Below are positions 36,995 to 45,996 of a stretch of 64,000 nucleotides of DNA, one piece after another. Numbering within the stretch: position 1 is the stretch's first letter; each line of letters opens with the position of its first letter. A model generated the notes under the pieces. The model searched no databases. It was not told the origin of the DNA and saw only the letters and a program-made list of their open reading frames with translations. Source of the stretch: an uncultured Chloroflexia bacterium (GTDB lineage Bacteria; Chloroflexota; Limnocylindria; Limnocylindrales; CSP1-4). Location: contig CAVVNZ010000009.1 of the NCBI GenBank assembly GCA_963749735.1, positions 131,923-195,922 of the forward strand, given 5' to 3'. The position numbers and the translations under genes are program-made.

Positions 36995-38155
36995 GTGATC
37001 GATCCGTCGGCGCGCGGCGCGAGCGTGCAGATGATCCCGGCGGTGCGGCCCGACGTCGGGCCGGAGGAGTCGGAAGCCGTCGCGGAGGCGCTCCTGTCGC
37101 GGTCGACCGTTCCAGGTCGGCGGGTGGCCGACATCGAGGCGCGCTGGGCCGAGTTCGTCGGCGTCCGTCACGCGGTCGCGGTGGTCAATGGCACCGTTGC
37201 CAGGATGTGCATCCTGGCCGGCCTCGGGATCGGCCCCGGGGACGAGGTCATCACGGTCAGCCACACGGTCAACGCCACCGTCAGCTCGATCCTGTTCACG
37301 GGCGCCAGCCCGGTCTTCGTCGATATCGAGCCCGACACGTACCTCATCGACGCCGCGCGGATCGAGGCGGCCATCACGCCGCGCACGAGGGCGATCTACC
37401 CCGTCCACCTCTACGGGCTGGTCGCCGACATGGACATGATCACGGCCATCGCCGATCGCCACGGGTTGGCCGTCGTGGAGGACGGCGGCGGCGCCCACGG
37501 CGCGACCTTCCGCGGTCGTCGGGCCGGCTCGTGGGGACACGGGGCATTCGGGCTGTACGGCGCCGGCGAGGGCGGCCTGGTCAGCACGGACGACGACCGG
37601 CTTGCCGACTGGATCCGGCGCTACCGCGATCACGGCCGTCGCGGGCGACAGGCAGAGATCCTCGGTTTCGACTTCCACCTCTCCGAGGTCGCGGCGGCGA
37701 TCGGGCTGGTCGGCCTCGACCGGATCGAACCCGGCATCGTGGCCCGGCGGGCGATCGCTGCGAGGTATGGTGCGGCCTTCGCCGGACTGCCGATCCGCCG
37801 GCCGCTCGTGCCGGTCGGCCGGCGCCATGTGTTCCACCGCTACACGGTGGGTCTCGGTCCGGCCCGCGACGACGTGGCCGCCGACCTCGCCGATCATGGG
37901 GTCGAGGTCGCGATCGAGTACCCGGTCCCGATCCATCGCCAGCCGTACGTCCTCGAACGCGGCATCCACGCCGATCTGCCGATCACCGACGCGGCCGCCG
38001 ACGGCTCGCTCGGCCTGCCGATGTACGCCGGCCTGACGATCGACGATCAGCAGCGGGTCATCGCCGCGGTGCAGGCCGCGGTCGGCCGTCACGTGCGGGA
38101 ACCGGTCCGCGTGCCGGCCCGATCCCCGGTCCGATCCACCCACGCCCCGCGATGA
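36995..38155 (+). CDS. DegT/DnrJ/EryC1-fold protein lacking the PLP-binding lysine (no Lys anywhere in the protein)
   Basis: VNGTVARMCILAGLGIGPGDEVI..VFVDIEPDTYLID..VEDGGGAHGA..FGLYGAGEGGLVSTDD..LGFDFHLSEVAAAIGL. GTG 36995 lies after a GGAGG SD; the track start at 36848 overlaps the previous gene. Confidence 0.8.
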   Translation: MIDPSARGASVQMIPAVRPDVGPEESEAVAEALLSRSTVPGRRVADIEARWAEFVGVRHAVAVVNGTVARMCILAGLGIGPGDEVITVSHTVNATVSSILFTGASPVFVDIEPDTYLIDAARIEAAITPRTRAIYPVHLYGLVADMDMITAIADRHGLAVVEDGGGAHGATFRGRRAGSWGHGAFGLYGAGEGGLVSTDDDRLADWIRRYRDHGRRGRQAEILGFDFHLSEVAAAIGLVGLDRIEPGIVARRAIAARYGAAFAGLPIRRPLVPVGRRHVFHRYTVGLGPARDDVAADLADHGVEVAIEYPVPIHRQPYVLERGIHADLPITDAAADGSLGLPMYAGLTIDDQQRVIAAVQAAVGRHVREPVRVPARSPVRSTHAPR

Positions 38156-39528
38156 CCGGTCCCGGGCCGGTCCCGGGCCGGCTTCGGGTGGCGATCGTCG
38201 CGGCGAACACGTTCGAACACGAATCCCGTCTCCTGAAGACCGCGTCGACGCTCGCCGACGACGGACACGCCGTCACGGTGGTGGCGTTCGCCGGCCCGGG
38301 GCTCCCCGCCTCGGCCCGACTCGGCGCCCGGGTCGAGCTGCACCGCGTGACGCTCGATCGACGGATCGCCAGCGGGCTCGAGCCGCTGCCCGGTGCGTTC
38401 CGCTCGGCCATCGTCCGGGCGACCGGACTCGCGCCAGACGCCGAGGCCCTGCCGGTCGGCCCGGCGCGCGGAGCGGACCGGCTCCGCGCTCCGCTCCGCC
38501 GCGGCCTGGAGATCCTGGCCACGGTCCGTCGCGGCCGCGCGTGGTCGGCGGCGGTGGCGGCGCAAGCGCCCGACGCCCAGGTCGTCCACGCCAAGGCCCT
38601 GATCGCCCTGCCCGTGGCCCGCGATGCGGCTCGGTCCACTGCCGGGCGGGCGGGCAGGTTCGTGTACGACGTCGCCGACCTCCATACCGAGTCCGCCCGG
38701 CTGGTCAAGCTGCCGGAGCTGTTCCGGGCGCTCATCCGTCGGCGGGAGCGGGGCCTCGTCCGGGAGGCGGCCGGGGTCCTCGCCGCGACGCCGTCGATGG
38801 CGCGCGAGATCGCCCGCCGGTTCGGCGTGCCCGAGCCGGTCGTCCTGCTCAACTGTCCGCCGGCCTGGCATCCGGAGACGCCCGGACCGGTGCCGTCGGA
38901 TCGACTCCGCCTGGCCGTCGGCGTCGCACTCGGCTCGGCGGATGTGGGGCGGCCGCTCGTGCTATACCAAGGCGCGTTCCGGCCGGACCAGGGGATCGAG
39001 GAGCTCGTCGCGGCCCTCGACGACCCGGCGCTCGTCGAGACCGGAGCCATCGGCGTCTTCCTCGGCTTCGGCCACCTCCAGTCCTGGCTCGTCGCCGAAG
39101 CGGCCGGGCGGGCCGACCGGATGGTCGTCCTGCCCGCGGTTCCCGAGGGTGAGCTGCTCGACTGGACGGCGGGAGCGGACGTCTCGTTCGTCGGGGCGCC
39201 GCCGCGGACGCTCAACCAGCGGCTGACGCTTCCGAACAAGCTCTTCCAGTCGCTCATGGCCGGCGTCCCGATCGTCGTCGGCGAGGGCACCGAGCACTGC
39301 CGCCTCACCCGCGCCGAGGGCGTGGGCCGCTGCTGCGACGTCGACTCACCGCAGGCGATCGCGCAGGCGATCCGGGAGCTCCTGGCGCTCCCGGCGAGCG
39401 AACGCGATGCGCTCCGGCAGCGCTGCCGCACCGTCGCCCTCGAGCGATACAGCTGGGAGACGGCCCGCGTGGGGCTGATCGACCTCTACCGCCGCCTCTC
39501 GACGGACGAGGCGGGGGGAGCGCGGTGA
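38152..39528 (+). CDS. GT4-family glycosyltransferase
   Basis: RVAIVAANTFEHESRLLKTASTLADDGHAVTVVAF. The C-terminal GT-B half has the LPNKLFQSLMAGVPIVV (E-x7-E region-like) segment. ATGA overlap. Confidence 0.8.
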   Translation: MTGPGPVPGRLRVAIVAANTFEHESRLLKTASTLADDGHAVTVVAFAGPGLPASARLGARVELHRVTLDRRIASGLEPLPGAFRSAIVRATGLAPDAEALPVGPARGADRLRAPLRRGLEILATVRRGRAWSAAVAAQAPDAQVVHAKALIALPVARDAARSTAGRAGRFVYDVADLHTESARLVKLPELFRALIRRRERGLVREAAGVLAATPSMAREIARRFGVPEPVVLLNCPPAWHPETPGPVPSDRLRLAVGVALGSADVGRPLVLYQGAFRPDQGIEELVAALDDPALVETGAIGVFLGFGHLQSWLVAEAAGRADRMVVLPAVPEGELLDWTAGADVSFVGAPPRTLNQRLTLPNKLFQSLMAGVPIVVGEGTEHCRLTRAEGVGRCCDVDSPQAIAQAIRELLALPASERDALRQRCRTVALERYSWETARVGLIDLYRRLSTDEAGGAR

Positions 39529-40928
39529 GCACACCCGACGGTGCGGCCCCGGCCCGGAGGCTGGTCCTGCTCCTCAACAACCCGTTCGTGACCGACTCGC
39601 GCTCATGGAAGATCGCGCGCAGCCTCGCGGCGGCCGGCTGGTCGGTCACGGTCGTCGCCCGGGCAGCGGACGGCCTGCCGGATCGGGAGGAGCGCGACGG
39701 GTTCGTCCTGGTTCGGGTCGAACAGCCGCGCCCGCTGCGATGGCTGCCGAGCCCACGCCTGCCGGATGCCGATCGGGGGAGCGTGCCATCGGTCCCGACG
39801 GGCGACGGGCCGTCCGGCGCCGCCCCGGCGAGCGCGGCAGTCGGCGCGGCGGAGGGGCCCGGCAGGCCCCGGCGGTCGCGGCTCGGCGCCACGGTCACCG
39901 CGGTCGTCGGTCGACCCGTCCAGGCGGTGCGCTATCTCCTGCTAGCGCGCCAGTGGGCGGACCGGATCGCCGTCGTCGTGCCCGCCGCCGACATCTGGCA
40001 GGCTGAGGGGCTGATCACGCTGCCGGTCGCGCTGGCGCTCCGCACGCGCACCGGCGGTCGGGTGGTCTATGACGTGCGCGACCTCCAGGTCGAGAGCTCG
40101 CGGTTCGCGCGACTGCCCGCGCCGTGGCGCCGCCTGCTCGCGCGTCGCGAGCGGAGGTGGGCACGTTCGGCTGACGCCGTGCTGACCGCGAATCGTGTCT
40201 ACGCCGACGTCATCGCCCGGACGCTCGGGGTCAGGCCGACGGTCGTCTTCAACGGCCCGGTCGGCGTCTCCGCCGAGGGACGAGGACCCTCCGCGTCGTC
40301 ACCCGCGCCGGTGCGCGAGCGCCTCGGGCTCGCGCCGTCGACGCGGATCGTCCTGTGCCTCGGCAACGTCGCCCCGGGCCGCGGCGTCGAGCAGCTGTGC
40401 CGGGCGATCGCCGACGTCGGCGACGCGGCGCTGCTGATCGTCGGGCCCGGGGGAGCCTTTCGCGACGGGCTCGTCGCGGATGCGGCGACCCTGCCGGGGG
40501 CGGATCGGATCCACTTCCTGCCCGGCGTCCCGCCCGAGGAGATCCCCGCCTGGACGGCGGCCGCCGACGTCGCCGCGATCGCGATCCAGCCGACGACCCT
40601 CAATCACCGCCTCACGACGCCCACCCGGCTGTTCGACGCGCTGGGGGCGGGCGTGCCGGTCGTCGCGTCGGACCTGCCCGGGATCGCCTCGATCGTGCGG
40701 GCGGCCGGATGCGGCGTGTTGTGCGATCCGACCGACCCCGCGGCGATCGCCGCCGCCCTGCGCGAGGTCCTCGACGGTCCCCCGGAGCGGCGGCTCGCGC
40801 TCCGTGAGGCCTCGCTCGCGGCGGCCGAACGGTACGCCTGGGAGCGCCAGGTCGAACAGTTGCTCCACGTCTATGCTAGGTTCGGCGCCCGACCCGCCTC
40901 CACCACCGAGCCGGACCCGGGCGGTTGA
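39525..40928 (+). CDS. GT4-family glycosyltransferase (paralog of 38152..39528)
   Basis: LVLLLNNPFVTDSRSWKIARSLAAAGWSVTVVAR, and TTPTRLFDALGAGVPVVAS. GTGA overlap. Confidence 0.8.
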   Translation: MSTPDGAAPARRLVLLLNNPFVTDSRSWKIARSLAAAGWSVTVVARAADGLPDREERDGFVLVRVEQPRPLRWLPSPRLPDADRGSVPSVPTGDGPSGAAPASAAVGAAEGPGRPRRSRLGATVTAVVGRPVQAVRYLLLARQWADRIAVVVPAADIWQAEGLITLPVALALRTRTGGRVVYDVRDLQVESSRFARLPAPWRRLLARRERRWARSADAVLTANRVYADVIARTLGVRPTVVFNGPVGVSAEGRGPSASSPAPVRERLGLAPSTRIVLCLGNVAPGRGVEQLCRAIADVGDAALLIVGPGGAFRDGLVADAATLPGADRIHFLPGVPPEEIPAWTAAADVAAIAIQPTTLNHRLTTPTRLFDALGAGVPVVASDLPGIASIVRAAGCGVLCDPTDPAAIAAALREVLDGPPERRLALREASLAAAERYAWERQVEQLLHVYARFGARPASTTEPDPGG

Positions 40929-40934
40929 GCTCGT

Positions 40935-41783
40935 TCAGCCGCCGGCCCGCTGCGCCTCCGGGACAGCCGCGAAGCGGTGGGCGTCCCCCTCGGCCAGCAG
41001 CTTCCGCTGGGCGACCCGCTCACGGTAGAGGTCGACGATGGCCGCGGGCTCGCCTTCCTGGATGATCTCGCCCCGCTCGAGCAGGATCGCCCGATTGCAG
41101 AACTCACTGACGAACGTCAGGTCGTGGGTCACCAGGACGATGGCCTTGGCGTGGTCCACGAGCTCGCGGACGCGCGCCTGGCTGCGAGCGCGGAAGGTCT
41201 GGTCGCCGGTCCCCAGGACCTCGTCAAGCAGGAGGATGTCCGGGACCGTGGCGGTCGCGATCGCGAATCCGAGCCGCGCACGCATCCCGGTCGAGTACGT
41301 CTTCACGGGGGCGTCGATGAACGCGCCGATGTCGGCGAACTCGATGATCGACGGTCCCAGGTCGGACATCTGGTCGGCATCGATCCCGAGGAATGCACCG
41401 ACCAGGTCGATGTTGTCGCGACCGGTCAGATCCAGCTCGAACCCCGCCCCGAGCGTCAGCAGCGTCGACACCCGACCATGGGTCATGATGTCGCCCTCGG
41501 TCGGCTCGAGGACGCCGGCAAGCGCCAGGAGCAACGTGCTCTTGCCGGCGCCGTTCGGGCCGATCACCGCGAGTGACTCCCCCTGGGCGAGCGTGAACGA
41601 CAAGTGTCGGATCGCCCAGAACGATGTCTCCGGCGAGCGGTCCCGCCGGACCATCCCGGCGATCGAGCCCTTCAGCGTCGTGCGCCTCGTCAGTCGCAGG
41701 TCGTAGCGGATGCCGAGGTCGGTGACCTCGACTGCCGATGGCGCGCCTCCGGCCGTTCGATCGATCATCGTCGGAGCCGTCAT
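40935..41783 (-). CDS. polysaccharide ABC exporter ATP-binding protein (Wzt/TagH-like, short form)
   Basis: Walker A GPNGAGKST, signature YSTGMRARL, Walker B ILLLDEVL. ATG 41783 shares one nt with the permease stop (TGATG). Confidence 0.9.
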   Translation of the reverse strand: MTAPTMIDRTAGGAPSAVEVTDLGIRYDLRLTRRTTLKGSIAGMVRRDRSPETSFWAIRHLSFTLAQGESLAVIGPNGAGKSTLLLALAGVLEPTEGDIMTHGRVSTLLTLGAGFELDLTGRDNIDLVGAFLGIDADQMSDLGPSIIEFADIGAFIDAPVKTYSTGMRARLGFAIATATVPDILLLDEVLGTGDQTFRARSQARVRELVDHAKAIVLVTHDLTFVSEFCNRAILLERGEIIQEGEPAAIVDLYRERVAQRKLLAEGDAHRFAAVPEAQRAGG

Positions 41784-42640
41784 CAGAGGATCCTCGCGTA
41801 GGCCGGCTCGACACGCTTGAACACGTAGATCGCGAACCCGAGCAGACCCAGCGAGAACAGAAGCACCAGGAACAGCCCGACCCAATCGGGCGCGGTGGTG
41901 CCGTAGGTCACGGCGCGATACGCCTTGAACAGGACCGCGAACGGGTTGAGCGACAGCACCGTGAAGAGCACCTTGTGGGACACGGCGAGCGTGTCGAGCG
42001 GGATGAGCGCACCCGACAAGTAGAACGCCAGGCGAAGGGCATGGGTCATCACGTTCTGGACGTCGCGGAAGAAGGCGTTGAGCGCGGAGAACAGGATGCC
42101 CAGCCCCAGCGTGAGCACGAATTGAACGGCGGCGATGAGGGGCAGGCAGACCACCCAGATGCTGAGCCGATCGAGGTAGAAGAGGTAGACGATGCCCAGC
42201 GCGATGAGCCCGAAACCGAAGCTGACGGTGCCTGCCAGCACAGCCGAGGTGGGCAGGACCAATTTCGGGAATTGGACCTGACGGATCAACGTCTGGTGAC
42301 TCGTGATGGACAGGGTCGCCTCGCTCAGGGTCGTGCTGAACCACTTCCACGGCAGGATCGCGGCGAACAGGAAGAGCGGGTAGTCCGGGATCTTCGTGTT
42401 GAGCATCACGGCGAACAGGATGAAATAGACGGCCATCTGGAGGAGCGGGTCGAGGATCCACCAGACCTGGCCGAACGCCGTATCGGCGTGGGTCCGCTTG
42501 AGTTCGGCACCCACGAGGTAGCGGAGGAGTCGCCGCCGCCCGAAGATGTCCGCCAAGCCTGTCCGAACATGGCCGATCGGGCCGGGCCGACGGGCGCGGG
42601 AGCGTGGCGGGACGATGGCACCTGCGGTTTGTCCGGTCAT
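41783..42640 (-). CDS. ABC-2 type polysaccharide exporter permease (Wzm/TagG-like)
   Basis: LRYLVGAELKRTHADTAFGQVWWILDPLLQMAVYFILF. Six TM-like segments. GC is visibly lower than in the neighbouring genes. Confidence 0.85.
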   Translation of the reverse strand: MTGQTAGAIVPPRSRARRPGPIGHVRTGLADIFGRRRLLRYLVGAELKRTHADTAFGQVWWILDPLLQMAVYFILFAVMLNTKIPDYPLFLFAAILPWKWFSTTLSEATLSITSHQTLIRQVQFPKLVLPTSAVLAGTVSFGFGLIALGIVYLFYLDRLSIWVVCLPLIAAVQFVLTLGLGILFSALNAFFRDVQNVMTHALRLAFYLSGALIPLDTLAVSHKVLFTVLSLNPFAVLFKAYRAVTYGTTAPDWVGLFLVLLFSLGLLGFAIYVFKRVEPAYARIL

Positions 42641-42667
42641 GAGCGTGCGTACGGTAGCACGTGTCGG

Positions 42668-44092
42668 TCAGGTGCCATGAAGCAGGTGCCGATAGAGGTC
42701 GAACAGGACCTCCGTCTGCCGCTCCCATGAATACACCTCCCCGGCCGCCCGGCAGCGGGCTCGGAGGGCCTCGCGATCGGCGGCCGGCAGCTCGAGGATG
42801 GCCCGGATGCCGCGCGCGATCGCCGCGGGATCCGTCGGGTCGACGAGCTGCCCGCACTCGGCCTGGCGGACGATCGGGGCCATGCCCGGCAGGTCGGACG
42901 CAACGACCGGTACGCCCGCCGCGATGGCCTCCCAGAGCTTGTTCGGCGTCGAATACCGGTGGTTGAGCGTCGTCGGCTGGATCGCCATCAGCATCACGTC
43001 CGCCGAGGTCGTCCAGTCGAGGAGCTCGGACGGGGACACGGGGGGCAGGACGCGGACCCGTTCGGCGAACCGCGGCGATCCGGCGAGGCGGATGATGTCC
43101 TCGCTCCCGGACCCGAAACCCATCAGGACCAGCACCGAGTCGGGCACGTCGAGGATCGCTTCCATCCCCTGCTCGATGCCCCGTTCGCTCATCAACCCGC
43201 CCTGGTACAGGACGATCGCGGTCGAGCTGGGCAGATCGAGGGCGCGCCGGATGAGATCGGGCGGTGGAGTGGGTGGGTCATAGCGGGCAGGCGTGTTGCG
43301 CACGACCGGTGGAACCGCGATCCCGAACTGGCGGGCAAGGATGCCCGCGTACGGCTCGTTGACCGTCAGCACGGCGTCACAACTCCGTGCCCAGCGACGC
43401 TCCAGGCCGCCGAGGAGCCACTTCCACGGCCCGGCCATGGCCTCGAGCGACCGAGCGTGGATGTAGATGTCGCGGCTGTCGTAGATCGCCCGCCCGCCGA
43501 AGTGTCGGCGGAGTCGAAGGAGTGCCGGAAGCGACGTCGCCCACATCCCGTGCCAAAGGTCGGAGGCCTCGGCGGTCTCGTCGAGGGCGACGGCCCAGGC
43601 CATCGGTCGGATCGGGAAGAGGAGCAGCCGCCTGGTCCAGCGCCCGAGGGTCGCCCGCGCGCGCCTCAGGGGGGCGCCCAGGATCGTCCCGCGGAAGCTC
43701 CGGGGGACCCGATCCACGAGCCCCGGCCGCGTCTGCGCGCCGGCGTTCGACGGTCCGGATGCGGCGTGGACGCTCGGTCTCCCGGCTGCGCTCGTCCCTC
43801 CCTCGGCCGGCTGCTGGGATCCCTCCGCCCGGAGCGTGGCGAGGCGGCGTCGCCCACGTCCGCGCAGGCCGGGGATGGCCAGCTCGGTCACGACCGGGAC
43901 CCTGACGATCCGGAACCCGGCCTCGTGAGAAACGAGCGGCAGGCCCGGCTCCCAGCGGGCGTAGACCACGACCTCGTAGCCTCGCTCGATGGCGGATCCG
44001 GCCATCCGCTGGGTGCGCGAATCGAAGCGTCCGGTCGAGTAGGACAGATAGCTGATCCGCGGGCCCCGGGGAGGAGGCGCAGCGGCGGTCAT
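42668..44092 (-). CDS. GT4-family glycosyltransferase (third paralog)
   Basis: Start ATG 44092 (MTAAAPPPRGPRISYLSYSTGRFDSRTQRMAGSAIERGYEVVVYA). STPNKLWEAIAAGVPVVASD. ATGA overlap with the upstream gene. Confidence 0.8.
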   Translation of the reverse strand: MTAAAPPPRGPRISYLSYSTGRFDSRTQRMAGSAIERGYEVVVYARWEPGLPLVSHEAGFRIVRVPVVTELAIPGLRGRGRRRLATLRAEGSQQPAEGGTSAAGRPSVHAASGPSNAGAQTRPGLVDRVPRSFRGTILGAPLRRARATLGRWTRRLLLFPIRPMAWAVALDETAEASDLWHGMWATSLPALLRLRRHFGGRAIYDSRDIYIHARSLEAMAGPWKWLLGGLERRWARSCDAVLTVNEPYAGILARQFGIAVPPVVRNTPARYDPPTPPPDLIRRALDLPSSTAIVLYQGGLMSERGIEQGMEAILDVPDSVLVLMGFGSGSEDIIRLAGSPRFAERVRVLPPVSPSELLDWTTSADVMLMAIQPTTLNHRYSTPNKLWEAIAAGVPVVASDLPGMAPIVRQAECGQLVDPTDPAAIARGIRAILELPAADREALRARCRAAGEVYSWERQTEVLFDLYRHLLHGT

Positions 44093-45906
44093 ACGGCGCC
44101 CAGTCGGCCGTACAGCTCCCGGTACCGCTCGGCGTTCTGCTGCCAGGTACGATGCGCGGCGACCCACGCGCGCGCGGCCGACCCGAGGCGAGCGCGCTCG
44201 GCCGGATCGTCGAGGAGCGGCTCGAGGACGTCGGCGAGGCTGATCGGATCCTCCGGGGTGAACGCACGACCGGTCGTCCCATCGGCCACGATCTCGAGCA
44301 GGGCCGGAACGCCACTGACGACCACAGGTCGCTCCATCGCCATCGCCTCGTAGGGCTTGAGCGGCGTCACCAGCTGAGAGACTCGATCGTTCGTCCGCGG
44401 GACCACGAATATGTCGATCAGCCGGTAGTACGACTGGATCTCGCTGAACGGGACCCGCCCGACGAACCGCACGGTGCCGTCGTCGACGCCCGAAGCGCGC
44501 GCCGCGGCCTCGAGCGCCGGGCGCTCCTCTCCATCGCCGACGAGCAGGCAACGGACCGTCCGTCCTCGTCTCCGAAGCTCGGCGGTCGCCTGGATCAGGT
44601 AGACGATCCCTTCATAGGCCGTGAAGCTCGAGATGTAGCCGATGACCGGCTCGTCGCCGATCCCGAGGCGCGCGGCGAGATCGTCGTCTCTCGGCCCCGG
44701 CACGAATCGACTGACATCGACGGCATTCGGTACGACGACGACGCGGCCGGCGTCGATGCCTCCTCGAGCGACGATATCGGCGCGCATCGTCTCGGACAAC
44801 GTGACGACGGCGTCCGCCTCGCGCATCATCGCGGTCTCGATCGCTCGGGTGGCGCGATACCGATCGCTGTCGGTGACGTCGCTGGCGACCCGGGAACGCC
44901 ACGTCTCCTCGAGAAACCCGCGCACCTCGTAGACGACGGGGATCCCGTACCGGTCGCGCAACGCCAGCGCGACCTGGCCGTTGAGGTGGTTGGTCGTCGG
45001 CTGGAGGATGGCCGGCCGCAGCCGCTCGATCAACTCCTGCGCCGCCTCGGCCGTGTGCGCCACGATGTCGACCGAGCCGGTCCCCGGCGCCAGGTCAGGA
45101 TCGAGCCTCCAGTACGTCAGGCCGTCGACGCTGTCGGAGGCCGAAGCGTGACGAACGCCCGCCGACCGTGGGAATCCGGCCCTCGTGGCCATGTGAGGCT
45201 CCAGCCCGATGTCCAGCTGGCATCGTCCGACCGACTGCGATCGGACGGTGTAGCCGGCCTGGAGATAGGGCAACGAGTTCGTGAGCAGGTGGAGGATCCG
45301 CCCCTTCACCGGATCGTGGGGCGTCGCGCGGCCCGGCAGGTGCATCCGCCAGCCGTCGTCCATGACCGTCAGCTCGCCCTGTGCCCAATCCTGGATCCGC
45401 CGCGCGTCCCGGTTGCCCGGCCGGCGATCCAGGAGCAGGCGCGTCCGATCGACCGCGCGCTCATACCGGCCGAGCCGCCAGTCGACCTCGGCATCGAGCA
45501 GGAGCGTGGCATCGTCGTCATCCCCGGCGACCGTCGCGATGATCCGCTCGGTGGCAGCGAGATCGCCGAGTTCGAGGCAGAGGCGGGCCGCGCGAATGGC
45601 GGTCGAGCGCGCCGTCGAGGCTGCACCGATCTCGACCGCGTGGGCGATCGCGTCCGCTCGCGAGCGCGTCCAGGCCAGGCCAAGGGTCCGCAGGGTCAGC
45701 CTGGCCGGGGTGAGGCGAGCGCGTCCCGGGACCACGCGCGAACTCGCGAGCAAGGCCCGTCCGACGGTCCGCTGCGGCCGCTGCCCGAGGCCGTCGACGA
45801 GCCGCACGGCGACACGGATCTTGTGGTTCGCGACGGCCGAAAGCGCGGAGCGAGGGTCGTCGACCGCCCGTCGGAGGACATCCGACGGGCTGATGGGTCG
45901 GTTCAA
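44089..45906 (-). CDS. GT4 glycosyltransferase with ~230-aa helical (TPR-like) N-terminal extension
   Basis: RILHLLTNSLPYLQAGYTVR..VVYEVRGFLEETW..GYISSFTAYEGI..LKPYEAMAMERPVVVS. The start is uncertain (TTG 45906 proposed). The upstream part of the track ORF is antisense to wecB. Confidence 0.7.
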   Translation of the reverse strand: MNRPISPSDVLRRAVDDPRSALSAVANHKIRVAVRLVDGLGQRPQRTVGRALLASSRVVPGRARLTPARLTLRTLGLAWTRSRADAIAHAVEIGAASTARSTAIRAARLCLELGDLAATERIIATVAGDDDDATLLLDAEVDWRLGRYERAVDRTRLLLDRRPGNRDARRIQDWAQGELTVMDDGWRMHLPGRATPHDPVKGRILHLLTNSLPYLQAGYTVRSQSVGRCQLDIGLEPHMATRAGFPRSAGVRHASASDSVDGLTYWRLDPDLAPGTGSVDIVAHTAEAAQELIERLRPAILQPTTNHLNGQVALALRDRYGIPVVYEVRGFLEETWRSRVASDVTDSDRYRATRAIETAMMREADAVVTLSETMRADIVARGGIDAGRVVVVPNAVDVSRFVPGPRDDDLAARLGIGDEPVIGYISSFTAYEGIVYLIQATAELRRRGRTVRCLLVGDGEERPALEAAARASGVDDGTVRFVGRVPFSEIQSYYRLIDIFVVPRTNDRVSQLVTPLKPYEAMAMERPVVVSGVPALLEIVADGTTGRAFTPEDPISLADVLEPLLDDPAERARLGSAARAWVAAHRTWQQNAERYRELYGRLGAV

Positions 45907-45996
45907 GGGGCGGAGTCGAGTCCGCCCGGTTTCGGAGATACTGACCCGGGAGCTGCTGCCCGGTTCAGGACCGCGGGGCCCATCGGGAAAGGAATC

